From contig FLMG01002768.1 in NCBI GenBank assembly GCA_900088475.1, forward strand, positions 1-46,611: 46,611 bases of DNA, in the 5' to 3' direction. A model generated the notes under the pieces. That model did not search any database. It had not been told where the DNA came from and saw only the letters and a program-made list of their open reading frames with translations. Source of the stretch: Hyphochytrium catenoides. Taxonomy: Eukaryota > Protista > Hyphochytriomycota. The position numbers and the translations under genes are program-made. Positions within the stretch are counted from its first letter, which is position 1. Each line of letters begins with the position of its first letter. This document shows positions 36,391 to 46,611 of the stretch, piece by piece.

Positions 36391-39300
36391 TCAGGCTACG
36401 ATGGCTGCCGGCGCCTGCTCTGCCAGTCCAGCTGTAATGCGCTTGTTGATGTAAATTGTGAGGAGCTTCATCTGAGGCGTTGTGAGATCGGAGAGGAAGG
36501 CCATAAGCCCATCTCCCATTAGCAGATATAATTCCACCAAAGAGAACACGGCAGCCTTCCGCACGCTGGCACTCGAATGGTTAAAAGCCTGGGAACCCGG
36601 ACAAGATATAAGTAAGGAAGTCCCAGCTATGGTTCTCTCAGGGGAAAGGCCACGCCGTAAACAAGTGTGTCAACAAAGGAAAAGTACTATGAGCGCAATT
36701 ACAAGAGGCACATCAAAGACAGGCTTGGAAGAGAGCAGCGGCGATCACCCTGGCCACCGAAGCGTAAGCAGGACGGAAATAAAAACAAGAATATAGATCA
36801 TTCCTTTGAAGCGGCGGACGATGTGGCGTAGACAATAGACACAAGTACAGAGCCGAATCTTACCCTCTTCAGCAAGGATAAGATAGAGTTAGAGCTAGAC
36901 AGAGCGCTGAATAGGCTGTCTAGCGAGAGTCTCTTAAGAGCTGCAGTGCACGAACTGAGAGCGACTTGTAGAACCGTAGGATCCTCGTCAAATGACGTCT
37001 GCAGAATAAGCTAATAGATGGACATATGGATGTCGTGGGAAGAGTATCAAACATAGATGGACATGCAACAGCGCAGTGGAGAGTTAGATTCCATAGCATA
37101 AGACGAATTGAAAAATGAAAGAGATGAGAGTATGAAAGGCGGAAGGCTCACCTCAATACTCCTCTCTGGGTCAACGACAGCCACTACTCTTTCCACCGTG
37201 CGCTGTGCGGCGTGGCTCTCCTATCGTTATACGCACGTAAGAAAAGAAAAAGAAGGGGGGCGGAGGTCCAGAGGCAGTATTTAAAAGGACCATGGAATAG
37301 GCTAAAGAGTCTGGGTAATTTTGCTCCATTCAGCGACGGAAAGCGGTGATACGACCGAGAAAAGAAGATTGACAAAGTAACAATAGAGCAGAATTTACCA
37401 GGTCGGGTCCAGTGCGAATGACTTCAACCAGTCTAGAGAGAGTTGGCTCTAGAAATCCATTGAATAGCTCGCCCTGCCTTTCTGTCATCACTTCGATGGT
37501 TTTGAGCGCAGACATAACCATGGAGGACTACAGATTGGAGAAAGCCATGAACAAGTGTGGATAAACGGCCAGAGAATAGAAATATATTAGCTCACGAAGA
37601 AGAATCAGCATCAAGACAAAAAGCTGACCTCTGACAGTGTGGCTAGCAGGACAAGCAGATTCTGTTCGAAGTTAGCGTTCCAATATTGGTGGTCCGCCTC
37701 TAAGGACATCCTGAGAATCTGATCAACAGATAGGGAGGAGTAGAAAGGTAAGTCTTCAAGAACTCTGGTCACAATAAGATCCACGCACAGGTGGAACCAT
37801 TACCTGTTGGATATCATCCTCTGTTTTCGCATGGGACGACATTTCCCTTGTCAAAAGGGAGACGCCGTCGGTAAGAGTGTCGTGAACGGTGGACTCCCAG
37901 TGACCGTCTCGCTTCTTCTCGTTGGCCAGAGCAGCTTCGTCTGATACCTCTGCTGCTCTTGCTTCTTCAACTCGAGTGTCCTCTACGTGCATCTTGACAC
38001 CACCCTCTACCTTCCCAGCACCTTCGTTTTGCACTAAACCCTCATCCCGTCTTTCTCTTGTAGCAGGAAGGGACGATTGGCCGATAGTACTAAGAGCACG
38101 CAGAAGGGACTCTCCAACATGCGGAGGCAGCTGACATAGAATCGTTGTTAAGTCAGGAATAGTTCGCACAAGACTGGCTAGCACTGTCTGCGACACCCTG
38201 CGTAGCTGCAGCTGCTGGCTCTCTAAGCACGGGGAGAGCTTGAGAAGGATATGACGTGCGAGAGAGGATGGAAAGGAGACGGGGTTGGACAGAGAGGGAA
38301 GAAGATGGAGGAGATACTCCAGAGCCGCCACCTTTTGCTTTACGGGTTGTGCGGGCTCAAAGCATTTGCTTGCGAGAATGGTAATCAATGATATCGGTGG
38401 TGTGGTCACTTTCATAGCGTTCAAGACGCTGTTAGCGAGAGTACGGAACGATTCCTTCCCGTCCACCAACTTTGTGAAGAGCTGTTCAACAGAAAGAGAA
38501 TAGGGAGCATTCACGTAAGCGACACAAGATAACCATTAGGCGGAAAACTGAGGCATAAGAGACGTACCTTTGGTAGGAGAGAACTAAGTTTGGCCTCTAT
38601 ATGGCGCACGAGGAGATTTGTCGAAGCAGACATTGAGAGGCCGAGAAGAGCTTGGTAGGACACCTTGGAGTTAGGATCCAGAATGTGCTCGTCAAAACAT
38701 CCAACAAGCTTTTCCGCAAAGCCACGAATCTCCTGTTCTGCTTGAGGCTCGCCAAGGAGTCTATTAATCCCTTCGAAAGCCTGTAGTCGCGTAGCCCAGA
38801 GATCACTCTGAGCCTGAAGAAGGAGACTTTGTAGCGTCGGGAGGACGGAATTAGGGAGAGAAGAGCTATGAGAAGAGCTCTCGGTCGACTGCTCTAAGCC
38901 CAGATGTGGGATATTCTCTTTTTGCAAAGAAATATCCGCTTCCTTTATGACTGGGTGGATGACAACCCTCTTAGCCCCACTGTTGGCGCGGACTGTCGTA
39001 TGGCAGCTTTCGAATCCTCTTCCAGCGTGAGAGTTGCTACCGGACATAGATTGAAGAGGCTCATTAGGGGCATGATTTTCTAGTCCTGTCCGCACTACCC
39101 TCTGAGGACCCGAGAGGTGAAGATGGCTGTCTGAAGGGTGATGGTTGGTCGTTTTGTGTGAAGGGTCGAGGCTTAATGTGATTCTCATTGGCCCATTTCT
39201 TGATTTCCGAAGAGCGACAGGAGCTTCTCGACCGTCAGGATCTTCCACTTTCGGGCCAACTTCCTGACGTCGAATGGTCGACGGTTGGATGACGTCGTTT

Positions 39301-41006
39301 GGCTGCTTTGCAGGATGACCTATACTCTCCACAACCGGCCGTAAAGGATGCGACTCAGGACCAAACGCGGCTCGCACCGGTTGCGGTGCAACAGGCTTTG
39401 GCATTCGCGGCGCCGATTGACATGAAGGAGGAAGAGAAGGCTGGGCAGAGGTCTCTTCCTGCACGCATTGCAAGTTCTTCCTTTCTTCTTGGAGGTAGCG
39501 TTGTGTGGTCGCATCCAACCGCCCCAACAAAGCCGCGCCTTGAGTCGGAAATCTCTCCATGAAAGTCCAGAACCATTGCCTCCCGGCAGTCCTGACATCC
39601 GCCATTGCGTCAGCTATACTCAACTCTATTACGTGCACGAGCTGATCCACGTAGCGCTCAAGCAATGGCTTAGACCAGCGCTTGCATATTAGATTCAAGA
39701 AGCCTACTGCATTTCGTCTGAGAATCTGATTACGGCTCTTTGCTCCTTCTATTAGCTTGGACGCAATGCGAGGATATCCACCAGGCGTCGCACAAATAAC
39801 CCTTTTTACAGCCGCCAGAGCTGACGAGGAAACCACCTGGATAGTCACCACTGAAGCCTTCAAAAGTGCCGGAAAAAATAGATCAGCGACAGAGTCGAAA
39901 GACTCTCCCAGGCTCTCGGCTAGGACTGCAATGCATTGGCACCCCTCTTTGACGATAGAAGAGCGGAGATCAGTGATCTGTTCTACCAGAAGGTCCTGCA
40001 TTCTCCGGAGACTGGGGAGAAAGGACTCAAAACGAGGACTATTTCCCCGCGCTATACGCTGAAGACGCTTCATCGCCTCGATTCTCTTCACCCAATCTAC
40101 AGACACTGGGAGCTGTTTCTTAATCTCTTCGATCTCCTTCTGAAGCTCCTTCTCCGTCGCCACGAAGACAGGGAGAATGTCAGGAGAAGTCGGCTCAGGA
40201 GAAGGTGTAGGGGAGACTTCTGTAGTGCCCTGGCGCTGAGTGTTACCCCGCTGCTTAGGTCGTGGTCTCGTCTCTTCCATGCCCCTCCATTCCTCTCTAC
40301 GGGATGTTGCCCGGAGTAGCTCGGGACTTGAGGGACTTTCTACCGTGGTTGGCCCAGGGCTCCCGGTCTCGCCCTCCATAATAGCTCGAAGATGCCCTGG
40401 CCGAATAGATTTAGCCCTTAGCTTATCTACGAAAGCCGGCCCCATGTACTGGTAGATGTTCCGTAACGTGTCAGTAGCTACCGCTCTGACCTGCGGTTGC
40501 GAATCATCAAGCAGCTTAATGAGCAATTCCACATATTCATTGCCCACGAACTGCACCGAGTGGAATTTCCCTATGGCTGTAGAGACGCAGTTGGCTGCTT
40601 GCTCGCGCACTCTCCAATTTTTGTGCGCGAATGAGGGCCGAAGTTTTTCCAACACGGGCGTAGGGGATAGTGCAGTCATTAGCTCTAAGACGACGCTATT
40701 CGCCTTCTCTCTGACTGGAAGCTTGGCATCGCCAAACTTCTCAATGAGGGCAGGCAATAGAGCGCTGACATAGTAACGAATGCTTTCTTTGGTGCTTGAG
40801 ACTGTGGTCGCAAGAGCTTCTAGGCAAAGGAGGCATACTTTAACATTGTTGTCCCGCAAGCCCTGGACCAGGCAGTCAACAACTTCTCCCAAATCGTATT
40901 CCAGCAGGTCCTTAGCATTATCCTCTAAGGCGGTTTTGAGCGCTGCATAGCCTTGAAGTCGTCTTTTGCTGTCCTTTGACTGTGCCTCGCGGAGGGCACT
41001 CTCCAT
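36391..41006 (-). CDS. CLASP: CLIP-associating protein (TOG/HEAT microtubule regulator), multi-exon
   Basis: TOG1 (HKNWRVRE), TOG2/CLASP_N (DWVKRIEAM, DLRSSIVKEGC, DAMADVR), further HEAT repeats, C-terminal SVRKAAVFSLVELY...QMKLLTIYINK. Confidence 0.93.
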
Positions 41007-42254
41007 GCCCTTGTTTCGCTAGTGGACCTTTACTCTAATTAGGTGGCCGTTCTTTCAGAGGTAAATGATTACAAGCCAAAAGCGCTAAACTCCTCGCTGA
41101 AGCAGGGCTTAGAGCAAATATTTGTTATAGGCAAAAGTGAAGCAAAGCGAGCCTTCACCTGCGCTGTGCGATGAAGCTTCAAAATCCAATGGCGAAGCTC
41201 CAGAAATGAGTCTGGTGGTCTCTCATTTATTCCTGCTTCGCATTCTCCAACCCAACAGAAACACAAGTTCGTTTTCGAAAATGCGTTTTCGGGGTTCTTT
41301 TTCGTACTGAAGTGGTCATTCAAAACGGTCACGCAGGGTCGGACGTATCTTGAATTCTTTCCACCCTAATTGATGCAATTCTCCATGCTGTACAGAGTAC
41401 AGCGTACAGCATACATAAACCTTTACAGTAGTACAACAGTAGGTTTGACTGGAAGAGTTGGGCATCATGCAGTGCTGTGCCACGCGATTCTGAACCTGAC
41501 CAGAACTTCGTGTTCCAGACATATCGGCATATCGGACGACACCTTGGTGGTTGGGAATTCCCTTGGTTCAAACGATGGGAATTGAGGATACGAGTGGGAT
41601 CGAGTCTCCTGTCTGTTTCTTCCATAACTTTTCAGCTCATTCAGCTTCTCATTGGTTCTTGGCCTTGACTGATGATGAGGATACAGGAAAGGAACAGTTC
41701 TGCAAGAATCAGACTCAGATCAGAAACTTCAACTGGATTTGATTACCGCTCTAGCTGAAGCTTCATCTTTCTTTCCATTTTGCTGGTGCAATCTTCGTCC
41801 AAGCGTTCTGGTTCCTTTCTGCCAGGAACTAGCGAGGAGCTTGGAGCATCTGTCCTCATGACAATGGATGATGACGCCTGTGCCAGGTCCTACTTTAAAT
41901 GGCGGCGCCAAAAGTTGCCGATAAGCGTACTTCCTGCAACTGGATGGATAGACTGTCAGCAAGAGCTGATCTGCTTCTAGGTGACAAGGCAGGCAGAAGA
42001 GTGGCTACGTTGCTCGTGCGTATGTAGTAGCAGCAAGATCTTGCATAGACTGAGGAAGGTGCGTTAGAGGGCCCAAGTCAACTGGCGAGAAGCTCGATAG
42101 AGTATATCAACCCTTGACGAGGTCCACTTCCTTTAGTAGGAGCCCCATCAAGCACGATTCACTTTATTGCTGGCTTCTTTCCACCAGACAGCTCATTGGC
42201 GTAGATCAGCTGTCGCTGGATAAGTTAGTAATCGGCGTCATCTAGGCAGAAGTC

Positions 42255-43770
42255 ATGGCACAGCATCAGCCATCGGAGGAGGAGCTCCTCGCAGAACTAG
42301 ACCGCATCCAGCAGGATCATCCAGACTTCGGAGTGAAGCGAGTGCTCACAGCTATCAAAGAAAGGAACCCCAATTGGATTGTGTCCGAGAAGCGAGGTAG
42401 AGCAAAGCAGACTGATAGTTGCCACCACAACTCTATAAAGTACTGACCTCCGCTCGCCTTGCCTCTTAGTGGGGAAACAGATGAAGAAGCTAGGACTAAC
42501 GAGTGCTGAAAAAGGCAAGACTTCACCTACTGGGGGATCTAACAAAGAGAGAAGACCTAGCTCTGGAGAAAAGAGTCAGACAGCTGATTCCAAACCTCCT
42601 TCACCCGCTGGAGAAGCAACCACTAGTGAAAAAGAGTCATCCGCTGCTGAAACGAACAAGAAAGTCACGCAGGTTGTGGAAAACGCGCCTCCTGCTGTTC
42701 AGTCTGAGGTGAGCAAGCCGGCAAAAAGGGATGAGACAGTGAGGGCGATGGGCCTGGGCATGGATGTGATGAGACGTCTGACAATTGACAAGGTGGAATT
42801 TGAGTAGCACCATGAACCACGCGCCAAATGAATCAATCATGAGATCGAAATCTTAGCTCATCGTCTTGTTATTTCTAGATTTCTCAGGAGTCGGTTCAAG
42901 AGAAGGAAGCACCTTCAGGGGAGAAGAAAGCAAAGGAATCAGAAAAGCAGGAGCGGCAAGTACCAGCCACGAGCCACCCAACGTCGTCGCACGGTCCTAC
43001 GGAGGCAGTCCCGACGGTTATGGCAATAGGGACGCAGAAGAGCGACGACGAAAGTGTCCCGGACTCGAGGTTGGCCGCTAACGCGAAGGTTGAAAGTAAA
43101 ATTGAGGCTGTTCCAGTGGAGCAACCGCCTTCCCCTACTGAGAAGATTAAGCAAAATCCAGTAACAGCAGTCCAGCCAAGTGGGAAGCCCGAAACTTCTG
43201 AGGTAAGCCTTTCATGCGCACCTCCTTTGCGTAGCTCGCCCTTTTAGTAAGTCCTCTGCTTCTAGACCCAGCAGGCGCAGAACAGCGCTTCAAAAGCTCT
43301 GCCATCCCCTACCAAAAGCGCGACAGCCAAAGCCAAACCTGAAAAGCCCCAAACTGCACAGGTCAGCCCTTGAAGGCGCTTCACCTCCATTCTCCTTTAT
43401 TCCCCAGTAGAGTAACAACATCGCATTCCCGCCGCTCATGACTCTTTCCTTCGTTCCTGGTCTTGTAATTGTTCCTGCTGCTCGGCCTCTGGCATAGGCC
43501 AAGGTGGCAGTGAAGGAAGACAGGTTTAAGGCAGCAGATGGCCTAACGTCTGTAGAAGATGTAGTTCAAGCTGCTGCTCCAGTGTCTCCACCACATGTCC
43601 TCTCTCCTGCGATTCGCACTGTTTTCACTGACAAAAGTTCTCACGAGAGACAGAAAGAGGAGAGGAGAGAAGCTTCTTCCAGCAGTGGAGACACTGGAAG
43701 AAAAGGTGTTGGAGGGAAGTTGGAGGAGGAGAAGTCCGGCGCATGCTGTGGCGGCTGTTTAATATTATAA
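42255..43770 (+). CDS. Protein with an N-terminal helix-turn-helix-like domain, long disordered linker and C-terminal CaaX
   Basis: Exons 42255-42396, 42469-42708, 42879-43202, a small exon at ~43270-43362, and 43498-43770; ends CCGGCLIL-stop. Exon 4 acceptor ambiguous. Confidence 0.72.
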
Positions 43771-44192
43771 AAAGTCTGGGACGAGAGGGAAAGAGAGACA
43801 AGAGTACGTCTCCCTCTCTCCCCTATTAACCTTTCATTCTCGCTTGCAATGCTTTCCGCGCCTTCTTGTCTCCGTTTTGCACACTATACAACTAGTTCCG
43901 CCTGGCCATCTGGACGCTCGAGGAGCGTACCTACTACGCCTTTGCCTCGTCCTGCTGCTCCTGCTCTTCATTCTTGCCTCTACAAAGAGTGCTCTACTTT
44001 CTATAAATTTCTCTTTATCCCTTTATAATCTATAAGAAACCAAGAAGATGAGAGTAGTGTAGCTTGGAATGCTGGACGCTTAGCCGGCTGTCGATTCAGA
44101 CGCAGGCGAGGAGAAGACATACTCTAATGAGAGAGAAAGACAGACGAGAAAGGGGAGAGAGAAGAAAGAGAGAGAGAGGACTCAGCAGAGCA

Positions 44193-44768
44193 TCAAGCAG
44201 CCTGGAAAGCCTTGGCTACACAGAGACAAAGATCATGAAGAAAGCAGAATAAGAACCTCATCAAGGTCTTCGCTCTGACAAAAAGGGGGAGCCCCCTCTA
44301 TTCCCCTAGGACAGCACTCACCAGCTGGAGGTATGATACAGGGGAGTACCCCCGTCCTCCCGCCCTTAAACTCGCTTGGCGCTGGGTCTCGTTTGAATCT
44401 GGGTGTAGTGGTGCTCGTGGGGCGGGAGACAGAGTGAGAAAGAGTCTTGGCATTACAGTAATAATACGGTGGCAAAAGACCAAAATCAAAAGACAGAGCG
44501 AGGTGAGGGATACAGAGAGCTAAAGCACAGAGAGGGAAGAGAAAAAAAGAAAAAAGAACGGGGAGAGAGAGAAAAGAGAGAGAGAGAGAGAGAGGAAGAG
44601 AGAGAGAGAGAGAGCAAGAGGAAGAGAGATAGAGATAGGTAGATAGATAGATAGATAGAGATAGAGAGAGAGGAGAGGGGGAGAGAGAGAGAGAAAGAGA
44701 GAAGCCCCATCCAAAAGTTAGCAGAGGCACTACCTTCCTCTAAAGAGCTTCCTAGTTAGGCGCGCCAT
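44193..44768 (-). CDS. Candidate 44-aa basic microprotein (3 exons)
   Basis: 44768-44734, 44398-44322 and 44215-44193 splice in frame to MARLTRKLFRGRFKRDPAPSEFKGGRTGVLPCIIPPAAKAFQAA; good start context and donor sites; no homology recognised. Confidence 0.3.
44540..44705. repeat. Compound (AG)n/(ATAG)n microsatellite
   Basis: Directly visible; similar tracts at 45500-45610 and 45925-45968. Confidence 0.95.
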
Positions 44769-45280
44769 CCCGCGCTGTAGTTTGCTCTATCTTGCCTTTA
44801 TCGTCTTTCTTCTTCCTTTTCAGCGTCTGCAGAGAGAGTTTTCAGTGCCTAGAGAAGTGAAGACGTTGACCTTTCAGCGCCGATTTTAGTGAAGATTGCA
44901 GGAGACTTGCTAAGGTAAGCGCTCGAGGCGACGAAGGGGAGAGAGAACACTCTCAAGCAAAAAGGAAGGAGCAAGCCCCAGCGGAGAGACGTAAGAGAGA
45001 GAAAGAACGGAGTCTGAAAGCACAGAAAGCGTTGGATTCAGGGAAGCCAAGAAAGGAGCTGTTAAGAGGTTCAGAAAAAGAAGAGAGAGAGAGAGATAGG
45101 AGACACAGCGATAAAACTTTGGTCCAACACCCAGGTTCTTCACGACCACCATCCACTAAGCCGCATATGCCTCTCTGTTTCTTTCTTTGTCTCTCTCTCT
45201 CCTTCCAAATTGTCCTTCCCTTGTCCTTTCTCTCTCTTTCTCTGGACAGCGTCTCCCCTCTTCTGATCCCTTGCTCAAAG

Positions 45281-45502
45281 ATGGCCAAGCGGTTAACTTT
45301 GGGCTCCTACTTGACGGATTCCCAGTCCTGGGCAGACTGCGATGAAGAAGTGCCTGATCATGTGCCAGAGACTCAGCCCTCAGCCAGGGCCTCCGGCAGA
45401 AAGAGGTCAGAAACAGACGAGAGATAGAAAAGGAGCAAGAGCGAGAAGGATTCACATATGTAGCCCAGAGACTGAGCGCAACTGAGAGGGGGAGCGTGTG
45501 CA

Positions 45503-45535
<33 letters not shown>

Positions 45536-46108
45536 GACAAAGAAATAGAGAGAGAAAGAGAGAGAGGAAGAAATAGAGAGAGAAAGAAATAGAGAGAGAA
45601 GGAGAGAGATGCAGCAGCTCCTACGCGTACGAGAACATTTGGCCGTCATAATCACCTTCCTCTCTGCCTTGCCTCTCTCTTGTTGCTCCCTCTGTGCCTG
45701 GGCAATCGGCCTTCCTCCCTTGCACCCCGATCATCATCCAATCCTCTGTCTTCGTAGCTCTGATAGCGGCCCGCCTCCGAGAGAGAGAGGCTATTCTCCC
45801 CGCCGCGGAGACAGGGATGGTAAGCAACCTAGGATCTAAAGAAGATGAAGATGCGCTGAAACAGAGAGAAATTTGACATGCAGCATGCGATCGGTGGCTT
45901 CCGTGTCTCTCTGCCTCCCTGCAGAGAGAACGAAGAGAGATAAAGGGAGAGAGAGAGAGAGAGAGAAGGACACTCAGAAGTCTTTAATGGGAAAATAGAA
46001 AGGGTGACGTCGCCTCTTCTCTCATTAACAGACTACGGTTCCCGGCCGGTGAGCAGCGATTACCAGCCTCACCCGCAGCAGGATATCCCGGACAGACCGC
46101 CTTTCACG
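45281..46108 (+). CDS. EIF4B: Translation initiation factor eIF4B-like, 5' part (gene continues beyond the window)
   Basis: Exons 45281-45405, 45758-45819 and 46032-46108 give MAKRLTLGSYLTDSQSWADCDEE...RGDRDDY...IPDRPPFT, i.e. the eIF4B N-terminal L..FL...SWAD motif and the PP(F/Y)T lead-in to the RRM. Confidence 0.8.
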
Positions 46109-46611
46109 GTGGGAAGTTACCTTTTCTTTTTGCCTCGCTTTTGAGGCAGCGTGAGCGTGAGAAGGAGCTTGTTTCGACTGTCTTTTGTTTGCTGAGGGCA
46201 GCAAGCTTCTGAAGCTTTTTGCTAGCGTCAAGGAGCTCTCTCTTACTCGTTTCTCTCTCCCTCTTTGGAAGTGTTTGTTTGGGCCTGGAACGACGGATTC
46301 TCTTCTTTCCTTTGAGCCGTGCTCTTTCTTTTCCTCTTTCCTTCACCTATTTTGTGATCATCTCGCTTCAACGCTTTCACCATATTAGTCAACTCAACAT
46401 AACCTTGGCTGTCGTCCACTCCCTCTGCGCCGGATATGTGTCTTCCCTCTTTTCTTGCTATCTCTGTCCTGTCTCTCTCTCTCTGTCCTTTCTCACACTT
46501 TACATTCCTCAACTCTTGTTCCTCCATTTCCGTATTCGTGTCTTTCTCGCTCTCTCTGTTGCCTATCAGTGCTTCATTGGCAATCTCTCCTATCAACTCG
46601 AAGAGGAAGAC

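Noticed and set aside
41069-42000. Possible gene, snoRNA or small TE between CLASP and the CaaX gene
   Set aside because: Short ORFs without motifs; no convincing terminal repeats or paired C/D boxes.
44278-44420. Pol III ncRNA (GC hairpin plus T5 on the minus strand)
   Set aside because: No recognisable 5S, tRNA, snRNA or SRP motifs; better explained as exon/intron sequence.
44233-46596. Long Leu/Ser- or Arg/Glu-rich ORFs in the ORF track
   Set aside because: Translations of AG/CT microsatellites.

Overview
Eukaryotic nuclear DNA with spliceosomal introns and about 50% GC, probably from a protist; stramenopile affinity is an inference only. The window has two sharply separated parts. (1) 1-11439 is a gene-free block of nested, decayed LTR retrotransposons: one near-complete Ty1/copia element with paired LTRs (150-5579, spanning an assembly gap), three minus-strand copia fragments, a 5'-truncated Ty3/gypsy element, and two families of solo LTRs. 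One solo-LTR family occurs as a short form and as a long form that carries an internal PPT and has its own TSDs. (2) About 12.2-46.6 kb is compact and gene-rich: DYRK1 kinase, an unknown coiled-coil protein, fused HIS7 (hisHF), SPCA/PMR1 Ca2+/Mn2+ ATPase, a tandem-PDZ protein, TFIIH p62 (with a GC-AG intron), a secreted prepro-peptide with a 6-Cys domain, a 6-exon mitochondrial-TatB-like gene that appears only as fragments in the ORF track, CLASP, an HTH + disordered + CaaX protein, a possible 44-aa microprotein, and the 5' end of eIF4B. All gene models were spliced by eye and no database search was run.
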